A DNA stretch of 64,000 nucleotides from Eledone cirrhosa (GCA_964016885.1 OZ024758.1:186001-250000), one strand, 5' to 3'. Numbered from the stretch's first letter, positions 37,615 to 53,227 are shown. The notes: a model not told the origin generated them from the sequence alone. Made by a program: numbers and translations.

Positions 37615-39584
37615 GCTCCTTGTGGCTTCTGATGCAGACATCATGTCCGCCATCAGGTCCTTCCCAGCTAGCAGCTGCGGAGATGTTGATGGTCTCTGAC
37701 CAGGCCTCCTCAAGGAGTTGATATCTCCCCTCTCCGCTGAGGCCGGGCGCCGCCTTCTGAGTGCAATTGTGGCGCTCACCAATAGGCTCATCCATGGCGC
37801 CCTGGACTCTTATGCTCGAGGCCTCTTTTTTTCGGCCAGCCTCACCGCTCTCAGGAAGAAAGAGGATGGCATACGCCCCATTGCTGTGGGCAATGTCTTC
37901 CGGAGGCTGGCTGCCAAGGTAATCTGCAAGTCCGTAACACTCGGAACCGGCATCCAGGGCCTCCAGCCACCTCATTGTCAAGTTTGACATGAGGAATGCC
38001 TTCAACTCTTTACGCTGGGATCATCTGCTCGAGGCCTGCCTCAGCCGAGCCCCCTCTGCCTACCTGTCATATGGAGCCCCAAGCATGCGCCATGCTGCTG
38101 ATACGGTCATACCCTTGGCTACTGGGATCCAACAGGGCAACCCTTTGGGACCCCTCCTGTTCACCCTTGGTATTGACCACATCGCCTGGAGTATAACGGC
38201 CCCTCTCAACGTTTGGTATCTGGATGATGCTACTTTGGGTGGGCCCGTACAGGCGGTCTGCCATGACCTTCAATCGGTGGTTCCTGCCCTGGCGGGAATC
38301 GACCTCCAGGTCAACTCAGCCAAGTCGGAGGTGGTGAATGTCAGCCTCGATGCTGCAAGCTTTGCAGTCTCCGTCTTGGACGTGCGGTCCATTCTCCGCC
38401 AGGTTCAGGTGACCCCCCAAAGAGGATGCCCTCACCGATCCACCCGCCGGCCATCCGCTCCTCCATCAAGTCCAGACTCTCACGAGCCGACTGGGCTTGA
38501 TTGATGGCCACCCAGTTCTCTTTCTGCTGAGGAACTGCTACGCCATGCCGAAGCTCCTCTATACACTCTGTGCTACACCTAAACTTGTATCCGAGCAGCA
38601 GCCGATGAGATATGTAACTTTACCTGTCAGGTATGGCGGCCTTCGCCTCCAGTCCCCGATCTCACTAGCTTTGCCGGCATATCTTTCGTCGGTAACCTCG
38701 TACCACGTCCTCTTCAGCAGGGTTCTTCAAAACACAACAGAACCCTCTGTGTTCAGAGAACGCCTGGCCGCCTGTGAGACGTGGCACCGGCTGGGACTTA
38801 GCCCAGTAGACGTTCCTCCTCCTTCTCCCCCTGTTGACGTCAAGTCCCCCCCAACACACTTGGGATGCCATCCAGTGCAGCCTGGCCTCAGACAGGCTCA
38901 CGTGCCAGCTCGACCAGCACCGCCTTGTTTGTTTTCGTGCAGCCTCCAAACCCCACAGTGGGGCCTGGCTCCATGCCCTGCCCTCCTTCTCCACTCGCAC
39001 GCAGCTAGACAACAATAGCTTGCGCATCGGCGTTTCCCTGAGGCTCGGCCTCACACCAATGTCGCTGCCGTTCCACCATGGACTCTTTCGGCCTCCACCC
39101 GCAATCCACGCCATGCTGCCCTCAACGAAGTCATTAAGCATGGCTTGGACGCTGCAGGCTTCCCTTCCCAGCTCGAGGGGACGGCAAAAGGCTAGATGGC
39201 ATGACCATCTTCCCGTTCCGCGGTGGCAAACCCCTCGTCTGGGATGCCACTTGCACCGACACTTTCTGCAGCCGCAACCTGGTGCAGTCTGCGACTGGCC
39301 CAGGTTCTGCTGCACGTCAGGCTGAGGGGGCCAAACTCCTCACATATCGTTCACTCTCCGACAGGTTTGCGGTCGTACCCCTGGAAGTGGAGACTTCTGG
39401 TGTCCTCGGCCCCAGGGCTACCTCCTTACTCACCACCATAGGCGCTGAGCTGGCCAGCCGCAGGTGTGAGCCCCGCGAGTTGGAGTGGCTTTTCCAGCGC
39501 GTCTCCCTTGCCGTGCTCCGGGGAAACGCCTTCTCCATTCTGTCCGCCGGGGCTGTGGGTGGGTCCCATCGCGTACCGTTATGA
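37615..39584 (+). mobile_element. Degenerate CRE-clade retrotransposon, type A
   Basis: Copy of 3478-5447. Confidence 0.88.
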
Positions 39585-40579
39585 ATGTATACAAAACAAC
39601 TAAATCTCTTAAATAACTTCACTTATATCCAAAACATGATTTGTATATACATCAACAGTGACTCATTATTATACGCCAGTCACGACCCCACTGCAAAAAC
39701 GATATCTATATAACAACCCCACCGTAAAACTACTCTTCCCCACTTTACAAACACTTTATATTATTTGTCATTAAGGTTTCTTAAAATAAATATATATACG
39801 TATGTGTAGTAATTAGTACGGAGACTGAGAGAGAAGGGGCGAGTGTGTCTTCATGGAGGGCACATGGGACCAGCAAAGTCCTAAAAGTAGAGACCAGTAA
39901 ATGAGATAAGGTCCTAGCTATGTTAAGAATATAAATAAGAAACATGTTCTATACATTTAAGAAGACAAGAGAAACATGTTCTAAACATTTAAGAAATAAT
40001 TATTTACCTCTTTCATGTCGGTAATATAGCGGTGTTATAAAACTAATTATAACGACCGGTGTTAAAATAGAGAGAGATAGACAGATAAATGTGTGTCACA
40101 CTCTCACCCTCTCTTTAAATCTTTTACACTATCTAACTCGTACTTCTCACACTCTCTTTAAATCTTTTACTCTATCTACCTCTCATTTCTATCTGTGTAT
40201 GTATGTATGTATCTGTCTATGTGTAACTCGGTGTACTGGAGCAATATGAAGTGAAGTGTCTTGCTCAAGAAGACATTTTGTGGAGTTATATCATCGTTTC
40301 TTGTTATAAAGCTACTTATACTACCGGCGTAACAGTGGCTATAGGTGATAGATGTAGAAATAAAAGGCTGTAACAGCGATATAAATATAGATGAAATAGT
40401 TTACCACGAGACTAAGAATGAATGTTTAATGGAATTAAGTGTAATCTAATAGGAAATAAGAGGCTAGAGCAGCGAAATGTTTACGTAAAATAAAAGAACA
40501 ACAAACAAGAGTGCAACATTGAAATTTTTTTTTTTTTTTTGTCGATATAAGCGTTATTTTATGCGCGATTTGCCTTGCT

Positions 40580-40692
40580 GCCGGCGCTGCTCAGTCAGTA
40601 GCAGCCCCGCTTACGAACTTCAGGAGCCAACGACTTTACATGGTTCGAATCTCACCCTCTCCGCTCTTGTCGAGTTATCTCCTACTCTTTTT
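40580..40692 (+). ncRNA. Candidate tRNA-derived Pol III small RNA, unit 7
   Basis: Copy of 531-643. Confidence 0.45.
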
Positions 40693-41359
40693 ACTTAGTT
40701 CCAGGTCATTAAAATAGAGCAAAGAGGGCGCGGCGATCGGCATATGCACTGGCTACAATGTTGAACTTTGGTACTGACTCCATAGTTGAACGTTCCACAT
40801 ACCAACCGCCCAACTGGCCAGTCAACCGCATATGCGGCTGGCTGGCCGGTTGGGTAGTTGGCATATGTACTGGCTACCATGCTGAACATTGTACTGACTG
40901 TCAAGTTGAACGTTCTAACCCTCTCTTTACATCTATTACTCTATCTACCGCTTATTTTTCCCCCTCTCTTTACTTCTATAACTCTATCTCCCACTCTCTT
41001 TACATCTATTACAGTGTCTCCCTGTATATATACACGTATATATGCACTAGATTTTATAAGAAATCTACGTAATAATATAATTAACAATAGTTGATGAATT
41101 AGACCAGAGTTAATTAAACAATAAATATGAATGAAATAGCAGTAGATGGCGAAACTTGAGTGTTGTGTGTGCATACATATATATGAGGTAAACTGGTTCA
41201 AATACTGTCAGGATTATATTGGATCAAAGACTGTATTAAATAGAAAGTAAAAAATGAAGTGAAAATATAAAAACAAACTGAAAATTTCCCCATCCCTAGA
41301 AAAATTCATATCTTGTTATATATAGATAATTGGCGCTTTAAATTGAATAAATATTCATT

Positions 41360-41390
<31 letters not shown>

Positions 41391-41435
41391 GTACACTGAT
41401 ATATATGTGTGTATATATATATGTGTATATATATA

Positions 41436-41475
<40 letters not shown>

Positions 41476-41478
<3 letters not shown>

Positions 41479-42026
41479 ACTTCATCATACGTCCGCTTTT
41501 CCATGCTTGCAAGGGTGGGGTGGGAGCTGATTCTGGATTGGTTTCTACAGCTGGGTGCCCTTCCCGACGCCAACCCCGTTTGCAGTGAGTGCTGGGTGCT
41601 TTTTTTTTTCCGTGGCACCTCCACGTCAGCTTTACAGTGTGGGCTGGGTGCTTTTTTGCCGCGGCGCCTCCACGACCACTTTGCGGTGGGGTGGTGGGGT
41701 GGTATGTGTATACCCAGCCCATTGTCATTTGCCACACAGAAAAGCTTATAGCATCGTTCTTTACCCACGATGAATCTAGCAGACCCACCCCTCCACCTGG
41801 TCTCTTGAATACAACAAACATCGACCTCCTTACGTTCAAGCATTTCTACAACCTCGTTAGAGCCACCCTATAAGGTGCCTACATTAATGGTACCAACTCT
41901 GAAGTTTTGGATTGCGTTTGGAGGTTGGGAGCGGTGGGGAGCGGGGATGGGGTTAGGGTTAGCCATCCGCGGCCGAAACAAAGAGGAGGAGCCCTTGCAT
42001 TCTCGTCCATGAGGTGGATTTGTCTT
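41476..42026 (-). mobile_element. Non-autonomous RTE derivative
   Basis: Copy of 1433-1983. Confidence 0.8.
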
Positions 42027-42518
42027 TATGTATGTATATGTATATATGTATGTATGTGTGTGTATGTATGTATATGTATATATGAGTGTATATGTGTATA
42101 TGTATGTATATGTATGTGTATGTATGTGTATATATGTGTATATGTATGTGTTTGTATATATGTGTGTGTATGTATATATGTGTGTGTATGTATATATATA
42201 TATGTATGTATGTGTATATGTATGTATATGTATGTATGTGTATATGTATATATGTGTGTATGTATGTATATATGTATGTATGTGTATATATGTATGTATG
42301 TATATGTATATATACGTGTGTATATGTATATATACTTATGTGTATATGCTTATGTATGTGTATGTATGTATATTTATATTATGTATATATATATATCTAT
42401 GTATGTATATGTATGTATATGTGTATGTATGTGTATGTATGTATGTGTATATATGTATGTATGTATATATATATGTATGTATATGTATGTGTATGTATAT
42501 GTATATGTATATGTATAT

Positions 42519-42872
42519 GGAGGCACATGGCTTAGTGGTTCGAGCATTGGCCTGGCAATCGAAAAGTTGTGAGTTCAATTCTCAGACCGGGTGATGTGTT
42601 GTTTCCTTGAGCAAGACACTTTATTTCACATTGCTCCAGTTTACTCAGCTGTAGAAATGAGATGATAGGGACTGGGGTCCATATCATTCCACTGCAAAGT
42701 GGTCGTGGAGGTGCCACGGCAAAAAAGCACTCAGCACTCACTGTAAATGAGGTTGGTGTTAGGAAGGGCATCCAGCTGTAGAAATCAAGCCAGAATCAGT
42801 TCCCGTCCCACCCTTACAAGCAGGGAAAAAGCGGACTTAAAACGAAATGATGATGATGATGATGATGATGAT
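42519..42872 (+). mobile_element. tRNA-derived SINE
   Basis: Copy of 2470-2823. Confidence 0.85.
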
Positions 42873-43510
42873 GTATGTATGTATGTGTATATGTATGTAT
42901 GTATGTATGTATATGTATGTATGTGTATGAGATGCAGTTTGGTTTTGTGCCGCTGAAAAGTGCAACAGATGCCCTCTTCTTAGTGAGACAACTACAAAAG
43001 AGGTTCTTAGAGAAAAATAAGCCACTATACTTAGCTTTGGACATAGAGAAGGCTTTTGATAGAGAACTCTTATAAATGACAACATATATATATGTTTTTT
43101 TTAAAACTATATATTTATTACTCCTTTAAGCAGAAGAAATATATTCCCAGATATCGAAGATTACCACAATAACTAGGGAGCGGAAATCAATAGATGCTGG
43201 ACATTGCTGCTGAGGGTAGGATGACCTGATGAGCTGGCTCCTGTGGTGGATACCTAAACATAGTAAGAGCCAAGTGGGATGACTGAGGTTCACCTACATA
43301 CATCAGATGTCTCTGGATCTCCAGCTGGAGATTAATGATCTCAGGAATGCCATGAAAAATCGTGACATCTAAAAAAGAAGAGTAGAATTGTTCTGGCCAA
43401 TCCACCTGACCTAATAAACAATAATAATATTAATATATATTGATGAAAATTAATTATGGTGAAATATCTTAGAAATCATTCTCAGAGGTTTTGTATTGTA
43501 ATCCACACTT

Positions 43511-45480
43511 GCTCCTTGTGGCTTCTGATGCAGACATCATGTCCGCCATCAGGTCCTTCCCAGCTAGCAGCTGCGGAGATGTTGATGGTCTCTGACCAGG
43601 CCTCCTCAAGGAGTTGATATCTCCCCTCTCCGCTGAGGCCGGGCGCCGCCTTCTGAGTGCAATTGTGGCGCTCACCAATAGGCTCATCCATGGCGCCCTG
43701 GACTCTTATGCTCGAGGCCTCTTTTTTTCGGCCAGCCTCACCGCTCTCAGGAAGAAAGAGGATGGCATACGCCCCATTGCTGTGGGCAATGTCTTCCGGA
43801 GGCTGGCTGCCAAGGTAATCTGCAAGTCCGTAACACTCGGAACCGGCATCCAGGGCCTCCAGCCACCTCATTGTCAAGTTTGACATGAGGAATGCCTTCA
43901 ACTCTTTACGCTGGGATCATCTGCTCGAGGCCTGCCTCAGCCGAGCCCCCTCTGCCTACCTGTCATATGGAGCCCCAAGCATGCGCCATGCTGCTGATAC
44001 GGTCATACCCTTGGCTACTGGGATCCAACAGGGCAACCCTTTGGGACCCCTCCTGTTCACCCTTGGTATTGACCACATCGCCTGGAGTAGAACGGCCCCT
44101 CTCAACGTTTGGTATCTGGATGATGCTACTTTGGGTGGGCCCGTACAGGCGGTCTGCCATGACCTTCAATCGGTGGTTCCTGCCCTGGCGGGAATCGACC
44201 TCCAGGTCAACTCAGCCAAGTCGGAGGTGGTGAATGTCAGCCTCGATGCTGCAAGCTTTGCAGTCTCCATCTTGGACGTGCGGTCCATTCTCCGCCAGGT
44301 TCAGGTGACCCCCCAAAGAGGATGCCCTCACCGATCCACCCGCCGGCCATCCGCTCCTCCATCAAGTCCAGACTCTCACGAGCCGACTGGGCTTGATTGA
44401 TGGCCACCCAGTTCTCTTTCTGCTGAGGAACTGCTACGCCATGCCGAAGCTCCTCTATACACTCTGTGCTACACCTAAACTTGTATCCGAGCAGCAGCCG
44501 ATGAGATATGTAACTTTACCTGTCAGGTATGGCGGCCTTCGCCTCCAGTCCCCGATCTCACTAGCTTTGCCGGCATATCTTTCGTCGGTAACCTCGTACC
44601 ACGTCCTCTTCAGCAGGGTTCTTCAAAACACAACAGAACCCTCTGTGTTCAGAGAACGCCTGGCCGCCTGTGAGACGTGGCACCGGCTGGGACTTAGCCC
44701 AGTAGACGTTCCTCCTCCTTCTCCCCCTGTTGACGTCAAGTCCCCCCCAACACACTTGGGATGCCATCCAGTGCAGCCTGGCCTCAGACAGGCTCACGTG
44801 CCAGCTCGACCAGCACCGCCTTGTTTGTTTTCGTGCAGCCTCCAAACCCCACAGTGGGGCCTGGCTCCATGCCCTGCCCTCCTTCTCCACTCGCACGCAG
44901 CTAGACAACAATAGCTTGCGCATCGGCGTTTCCCTGAGGCTCGGCCTCACACCAATGTCGCTGCCGTTCCACCATGGACTCTTTCGGCCTCCACCCGCAA
45001 TCCACGCCATGCTGCCCTCAACGAAGTCATTAAGCATGGCTTGGACGCTGCAGGCTTCCCTTCCCAGCTCGAGGGGACGGCAAAAGGCTAGATGGCATGA
45101 CCATCTTCCCGTTCCGCGGTGGCAAACCCCTCGTCTGGGATGCCACTTGCACCGACACTTTCTGCAGCCGCAACCTGGTGCAGTCTGCGACTGGCCCAGG
45201 TTCTGCTGCACGTCAGGCTGAGGGGGCCAAACTCCTCACATATCGTTCACTCTCCGACAGGTTTGCGGTCGTACCCCTGGAAGTGGAGACTTCTGGTGTC
45301 CTCGGCCCCAGGGCTACCTCCTTACTCACCACCATAGGCGCTGAGCTGGCCAGCCGCAGGTGTGAGCCCCGCGAGTTGGAGTGGCTTTTCCAGCGCGTCT
45401 CCCTTGCCGTGCTCCGGGGAAACGCCTTCTCCATTCTGTCCGCCGGGGCTGTGGGTGGGTCCCATCGCGTACCGTTATGA
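43511..45480 (+). mobile_element. Degenerate CRE-clade retrotransposon, type A
   Basis: Copy of 3478-5447. Confidence 0.88.
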
Positions 45481-46475
45481 ATGTATACAAAACAACTAAA
45501 TCTCTTAAATAACTTCACTTATATCCAAAACATGATTTGTATATACATCAACAGTGACTCATTATTATACGCCAGTCACGACCCCACTGCAAAAACGATA
45601 TCTATATAACAACCCCACCGTAAAACTACTCTTCCCCACTTTACAAACACTTTATATTATTTGTCATTAAGGTTTCTTAAAATAAATATATATACGTATG
45701 TGTAGTAATTAGTACGGAGACTGAGAGAGAAGGGGCGAGTGTGTCTTCATGGAGGGCACATGGGACCAGCAAAGTCCTAAAAGTAGAGACCAGTAAATGA
45801 GATAAGGTCCTAGCTATGTTAAGAATATAAATAAGAAACATGTTCTATACATTTAAGAAGACAAGAGAAACATGTTCTAAACATTTAAGAAATAATTATT
45901 TACCTCTTTCATGTCGGTAATATAGCGGTGTTATAAAACTAATTATAACGACCGGTGTTAAAATAGAGAGAGATAGACAGATAAATGTGTGTCACACTCT
46001 CACCCTCTCTTTAAATCTTTTACACTATCTAACTCGTACTTCTCACACTCTCTTTAAATCTTTTACTCTATCTACCTCTCATTTCTATCTGTGTATGTAT
46101 GTATGTATCTGTCTATGTGTAACTCAGTGTACTGGAGCAATATGAAGTGAAGTGTCTTGCTCAAGAAGACATTTTGTGGAGTTATATCATCGTTTCTTGT
46201 TATAAAGCTACTTATACTACCGGCGTAACAGTGGCTATAGGTGATAGATGTAGAAATAAAAGGCTGTAACAGCGATATAAATATAGATGAAATAGTTTAC
46301 CACGAGACTAAGAATGAATGTTTAATGGAATTAAGTGTAATCTAATAGGAAATAAGAGGCTAGAGCAGCGAAATGTTTACGTAAAATAAAAGAACAACAA
46401 ACAAGAGTGCAACATTGAAATTTTTTTTTTTTTTTTGTCGATATAAGCGTTATTTTATGCGCGATTTGCCTTGCT

Positions 46476-46588
46476 GCCGGCGCTGCTCAGTCAGTAGCAG
46501 CCCCGCTTACGAACTTCAGGAGCCAACGACTTTACATGGTTCGAATCTCACCCTCTCCGCTCTTGTCGAGTTATCTCCTACTCTTTTT
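46476..46588 (+). ncRNA. Candidate tRNA-derived Pol III small RNA, unit 8
   Basis: Copy of 531-643. Confidence 0.45.
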
Positions 46589-47329
46589 ACTTAGTTCCAG
46601 GTCATTAAAATAGAGCAAAGAGGGCGCGGCGATCGGCATATGCACTGGCTACAATGTTGAACTTTGGTACTGACTCCATAGTTGAACGTTCCACATACCA
46701 ACCGCCCAACTGGCCAGTCAACCGCATATGCGGCTGGCTGGCCGGTTGGGTAGTTGGCATATGTACTGGCTACCATGCTGAACATTGTACTGACTGTCAA
46801 GTTGAACGTTCTAACCCTCTCTTTACATCTATTACTCTATCTACCGCTTATTTTTCCCCCTCTCTTTACTTCTATAACTCTATCTCCCACTCTCTTTACA
46901 TCTATTACAGTGTCTCCCTGTATATATACACGTATATATGCACTAGATTTTATAAGAAATCTACGTAATAATATAATTAACAATAGTTGATGAATTAGAC
47001 CAGAGTTAATTAAACAATAAATATGAATGAAATAGCAGTAGATGGCGAAACTTGAGTGTTGTGTGTGCATACATATATATGAGGTAAACTGGTTCAAATA
47101 CTGTCAGGATTATATTGGATCAAAGACTGTATTAAATAGAAAGTAAAAAATGAAGTGAAAATATAAAAACAAACTGAAAATTTCCCCATCCCTAGAAAAA
47201 TTCATATCTTGTTATATATAGATAATTGGCGCTTTAAATTGAATAAATATTCATTTATATATATATATATATGTATATATATATGTACACTGATATATAT
47301 GTGTGTATATATATATGTGTATATATATA

Positions 47330-47371
<42 letters not shown>

Positions 47372-47374
<3 letters not shown>

Positions 47375-47922
47375 ACTTCATCATACGTCCGCTTTTCCAT
47401 GCTTGCAAGGGTGGGGTGGGAGCTGATTCTGGATTGGTTTCTACAGCTGGGTGCCCTTCCCGACGCCAACCCCGTTTGCAGTGAGTGCTGGGTGCTTTTT
47501 TTTTTCCGTGGCACCTCCACGTCAGCTTTACAGTGTGGGCTGGGTGCTTTTTTGCCGCGGCGCCTCCACGACCACTTTGCGGTGGGGTGGTGGGGTGGTA
47601 TGTGTATACCCAGCCCATTGTCATTTGCCACACAGAAAAGCTTATAGCATCGTTCTTTACCCACGATGAATCTAGCAGACCCACCCCTCCACCTGGTCTC
47701 TTGAATACAACAAACATCGACCTCCTTACGTTCAAGCATTTCTACAACCTCGTTAGAGCCACCCTATAAGGTGCCTACATTAATGGTACCAACTCTGAAG
47801 TTTTGGATTGCGTTTGGAGGTTGGGAGCGGTGGGGAGCGGGGATGGGGTTAGGGTTAGCCATCCGCGGCCGAAACAAAGAGGAGGAGCCCTTGCATTCTC
47901 GTCCATGAGGTGGATTTGTCTT
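47372..47922 (-). mobile_element. Non-autonomous RTE derivative
   Basis: Copy of 1433-1983. Confidence 0.8.
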
Positions 47923-48414
47923 TATGTATGTATATGTATATATGTATGTATGTGTGTGTATGTATGTATATGTATATATGAGTGTATATGTGTATATGTA
48001 TGTATATGTATGTGTATGTATGTGTATATATGTGTATATGTATGTGTTTGTATATATGTGTGTGTATGTATATATGTGTGTGTATGTATATATATATATG
48101 TATGTATGTGTATATGTATGTATATGTATGTATGTGTATATGTATATATGTGTGTATGTATGTATATATGTATGTATGTGTATATATGTATGTATGTATA
48201 TGTATATATACGTGTGTATATGTATATATACTTATGTGTATATGCTTATGTATGTGTATGTATGTATATTTATATTATGTATATATATATATCTATGTAT
48301 GTATATGTATGTATATGTGTATGTATGTGTATGTATGTATGTGTATATATGTATGTATGTATATATATATGTATGTATATGTATGTGTATGTATATGTAT
48401 ATGTATATGTATAT

Positions 48415-48771
48415 GGAGGCACATGGCTTAGTGGTTCGAGCATTGGCCTGGCAATCGAAAAGTTGTGAGTTCAATTCTCAGACCGGGTGATGTGTTGTTT
48501 CCTTGAGCAAGACACTTTATTTCACATTGCTCCAGTTTACTCAGCTGTAGAAATGAGATGATAGGGACTGGGGTCCATATCATTCCACTGCAAAGTGGTC
48601 GTGGAGGTGCCACGGCAAAAAAGCACTCAGCACTCACTGTAAATGAGGTTGGTGTTAGGAAGGGCATCCAGCTGTAGAAATCAAGCCAGAATCAGTTCCC
48701 GTCCCACCCTTACAAGCAGGGAAAAAGCGGACTTAAAACGAAATGATGATGATGATGATGATGATGATGAT
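48415..48771 (+). mobile_element. tRNA-derived SINE
   Basis: Copy of 2470-2823. Confidence 0.85.
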
Positions 48772-49409
48772 GTATGTATGTATGTGTATATGTATGTATG
48801 TATGTATGTATATGTATGTATGTGTATGAGATGCAGTTTGGTTTTGTGCCGCTGAAAAGTGCAACAGATGCCCTCTTCTTAGTGAGACAACTACAAAAGA
48901 GGTTCTTAGAGAAAAATAAGCCACTATACTTAGCTTTGGACATAGAGAAGGCTTTTGATAGAGAACTCTTATAAATGACAACATATATATATGTTTTTTT
49001 TAAAACTATATATTTATTACTCCCTTAAGCAGAAGAAATATATTCCCAGATATCGAAGATTACCACAATAACTAGGGAGCGGAAATCAATAGATGCTGGA
49101 CATTGCTGCTGAGGGTAGGATGACCTGATGAGCTGGCTCCTGTGGTGGATACCTAAACATAGTAAGAGCCAAGTGGGATGACTGAGGTTCACCTACATAC
49201 ATCAGATGTCTCTGGATCTCCAGCTGGAGATTAATGATCTCAGGAATGCCATGAAAAATCGTGACATCTAAAAAAGAAGAGTAGAATTGTTCTGGCCAAT
49301 CCACCTGACCTAATAAACAATAATAATATTAATATATATTGATGAAAATTAATTATGGTGAAATATCTTAGAAATCATTCTCAGAGGTTTTGTATTGTAA
49401 TCCACACTT

Positions 49410-51379
49410 GCTCCTTGTGGCTTCTGATGCAGACATCATGTCCGCCATCAGGTCCTTCCCAGCTAGCAGCTGCGGAGATGTTGATGGTCTCTGACCAGGC
49501 CTCCTCAAGGAGTTGATATCTCCCCTCTCCGCTGAGGCCGGGCGCCGCCTTCTGAGTGCAATTGTGGCGCTCACCAATAGGCTCATCCATGGCGCCCTGG
49601 ACTCTTATGCTCGAGGCCTCTTTTTTTCGGCCAGCCTCACCGCTCTCAGGAAGAAAGAGGATGGCATACGCCCCATTGCTGTGGGCAATGTCTTCCGGAG
49701 GCTGGCTGCCAAGGTAATCTGCAAGTCCGTAACACTCGGAACCGGCATCCAGGGCCTCCAGCCACCTCATTGTCAAGTTTGACATGAGGAATGCCTTCAA
49801 CTCTTTACGCTGGGATCATCTGCTCGAGGCCTGCCTCAGCCGAGCCCCCTCTGCCTACCTGTCATATGGAGCCCCAAGCATGCGCCATGCTGCTGATACG
49901 GTCATACCCTTGGCTACTGGGATCCAACAGGGCAACCCTTTGGGACCCCTCCTGTTCACCCTTGGTATTGACCACATCGCCTGGAGTAGAACGGCCCCTC
50001 TCAACGTTTGGTATCTGGATGATGCTACTTTGGGTGGGCCCGTACAGGCGGTCTGCCATGACCTTCAATCGGTGGTTCCTGCCCTGGCGGGAATCGACCT
50101 CCAGGTCAACTCAGCCAAGTCGGAGGTGGTGAATGTCAGCCTCGATGCTGCAAGCTTTGCAGTCTCCATCTTGGACGTGCGGTCCATTCTCCGCCAGGTT
50201 CAGGTGACCCCCCAAAGAGGATGCCCTCACCGATCCACCCGCCGGCCATCCGCTCCTCCATCAAGTCCAGACTCTCACGAGCCGACTGGGCTTGATTGAT
50301 GGCCACCCAGTTCTCTTTCTGCTGAGGAACTGCTACGCCATGCCGAAGCTCCTCTATACACTCTGTGCTACACCTAAACTTGTATCCGAGCAGCAGCCGA
50401 TGAGATATGTAACTTTACCTGTCAGGTATGGCGGCCTTCGCCTCCAGTCCCCGATCTCACTAGCTTTGCCGGCATATCTTTCGTCGGTAACCTCGTACCA
50501 CGTCCTCTTCAGCAGGGTTCTTCAAAACACAACAGAACCCTCTGTGTTCAGAGAACGCCTGGCCGCCTGTGAGACGTGGCACCGGCTGGGACTTAGCCCA
50601 GTAGACGTTCCTCCTCCTTCTCCCCCTGTTGACGTCAAGTCCCCCCCAACACACTTGGGATGCCATCCAGTGCAGCCTGGCCTCAGACAGGCTCACGTGC
50701 CAGCTCGACCAGCACCGCCTTGTTTGTTTTCGTGCAGCCTCCAAACCCCACAGTGGGGCCTGGCTCCATGCCCTGCCCTCCTTCTCCACTCGCACGCAGC
50801 TAGACAACAATAGCTTGCGCATCGGCGTTTCCCTGAGGCTCGGCCTCACACCAATGTCGCTGCCGTTCCACCATGGACTCTTTCGGCCTCCACCCGCAAT
50901 CCACGCCATGCTGCCCTCAACGAAGTCATTAAGCATGGCTTGGACGCTGCAGGCTTCCCTTCCCAGCTCGAGGGGACGGCAAAAGGCTAGATGGCATGAC
51001 CATCTTCCCGTTCCGCGGTGGCAAACCCCTCGTCTGGGATGCCACTTGCACCGACACTTTCTGCAGCCGCAACCTGGTGCAGTCTGCGACTGGCCCAGGT
51101 TCTGCTGCACGTCAGGCTGAGGGGGCCAAACTCCTCACATATCGTTCACTCTCCGACAGGTTTGCGGTCGTACCCCTGGAAGTGGAGACTTCTGGTGTCC
51201 TCGGCCCCAGGGCTACCTCCTTACTCACCACCATAGGCGCTGAGCTGGCCAGCCGCAGGTGTGAGCCCCGCGAGTTGGAGTGGCTTTTCCAGCGCGTCTC
51301 CCTTGCCGTGCTCCGGGGAAACGCCTTCTCCATTCTGTCCGCCGGGGCTGTGGGTGGGTCCCATCGCGTACCGTTATGA
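49410..51379 (+). mobile_element. Degenerate CRE-clade retrotransposon, type A
   Basis: Copy of 3478-5447. Confidence 0.88.
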
Positions 51380-52373
51380 ATGTATACAAAACAACTAAAT
51401 CTCTTAAATAACTTCACTTATATCCAAAACATGATTTGTATATACATCAACAGTGACTCATTATTATACGCCAGTCACGACCCCACTGCAAAAACGATAT
51501 CTATATAACAACCCCACCGTAAAACTACTCTTCCCCACTTTACAAACACTTTATATTATTTGTCATTAAGGTTTCTTAAAATAAATATATATACGTATGT
51601 GTAGTAATTAGTACGGAGACTGAGAGAGAAGGGGCGAGTGTGTCTTCATGGAGGGCACATGGGACCAGCAAAGCCCTAAAAGTAGAGACCAGTAAATGAG
51701 ATAAGGTCCTAGCTATGTTAAGAATATAAATAAGAAACATGTTCTATACATTTAAGAAGACAAGAGAAACATGTTCTAAACATTTAAGAAATAATTATTT
51801 ACCTCTTTCATGTCGGTAATATAGCGGTGTTATAAAACTAATTATAACGACCGGTGTTAAAATAGAGAGAGATAGACAGATAAATGTGTGTCACACTCTC
51901 ACCCTCTCTTTAAATCTTTTACACTATCTAACTCGTACTTCTCACACTCTCTTTAAATCTTTTACTCTATCTACCTCTCATTTCTATCTGTGTATGTATG
52001 TATGTATCTGTCTATGTGTAACTCGGTGTACTGGAGCAATATGAAGTGAAGTGTCTTGCTCAAGAAGACATTTTGTGGAGTTATATCATCGTTTCTTGTT
52101 ATAAAGCTACTTATACTACCGGCGTAACAGTGGCTATAGGTGATAGATGTAGAAATAAAAGGCTGTAACAGCGATATAAATATAGATGAAATAGTTTACC
52201 ACGAGACTAAGAATGAATGTTTAATGGAATTAAGTGTAATCTAATAGGAAATAAGAGGCTAGAGCAGCGAAATGTTTACGTAAAATAAAAGAACAACAAC
52301 AAGAGTGCAACATTGAAATTTTTTTTTTTTTTTTGTCGATATAAGCGTTATTTTATGCGCAATTTGCCTTGCT

Positions 52374-52486
52374 GCCGGCGCTGCTCAGTCAGTAGCAGCC
52401 CCGCTTACGAACTTCAGGAGCCAACCACTTTACATGGTTCGAATCTCACCCTCTCCGCTCTTGTCGAGTTATCTCCTACTCTTTTT
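52374..52486 (+). ncRNA. Candidate tRNA-derived Pol III small RNA, unit 9
   Basis: Copy of 531-643. Confidence 0.45.
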
Positions 52487-53227
52487 ACTTAGTTCCAGGT
52501 CATTAAAATAGAGCAAAGAGGGCGCGGCGATCGGCATATGCACTGGCTACAATGTTGAACTTTGGTACTGACTGCGTAGTTGAACGTTCCACATACCAAC
52601 CGCCCAACTGGCCAGTCAACCGCATATGCGGCTGGCTGGCCGGTTGGGTAGTTGGCATATGTACTGGCTACCATGCTGAACATTGTACTGACTGTCAAGT
52701 TGAACGTTCTAACCCTCTCTTTACATCTATTACTCTATCTACCGCTTATTTCTCCCCCTCTCTTTACTTCTATAACTCTATCTCCCACTCTCTTTACATC
52801 TATTACAGTGTCTCCCTGTATATATACACGTATATATGCACTAGATTTTATAAGAAATCTACGTAATAATATAATTAACAATAGTTGATGAATTAGACCA
52901 GAGTTAATTAAACAATAAATATGAATGAAATAGCAGTAGATGGCGAAACTTGAGTGTTGTGTGTGCATACATATATATGAGGTAAACTGGTTCAAATACT
53001 GTCAGGATTATATTGGATCAAAGACTGTATTAAATAGAAAGTAAAAAATGAAGTGAAAATATAAAAACAAACTGAAAATTTCCCCATCCCTAGAAAAATT
53101 CATATCTTGTTATATATAGATAATTGGCGCTTTAAATTGAATAAATATTCATTTATATATATATATATATGTATATATATATGTACACTGATATATATGT
53201 GTGTATATATATATGTGTATATATATA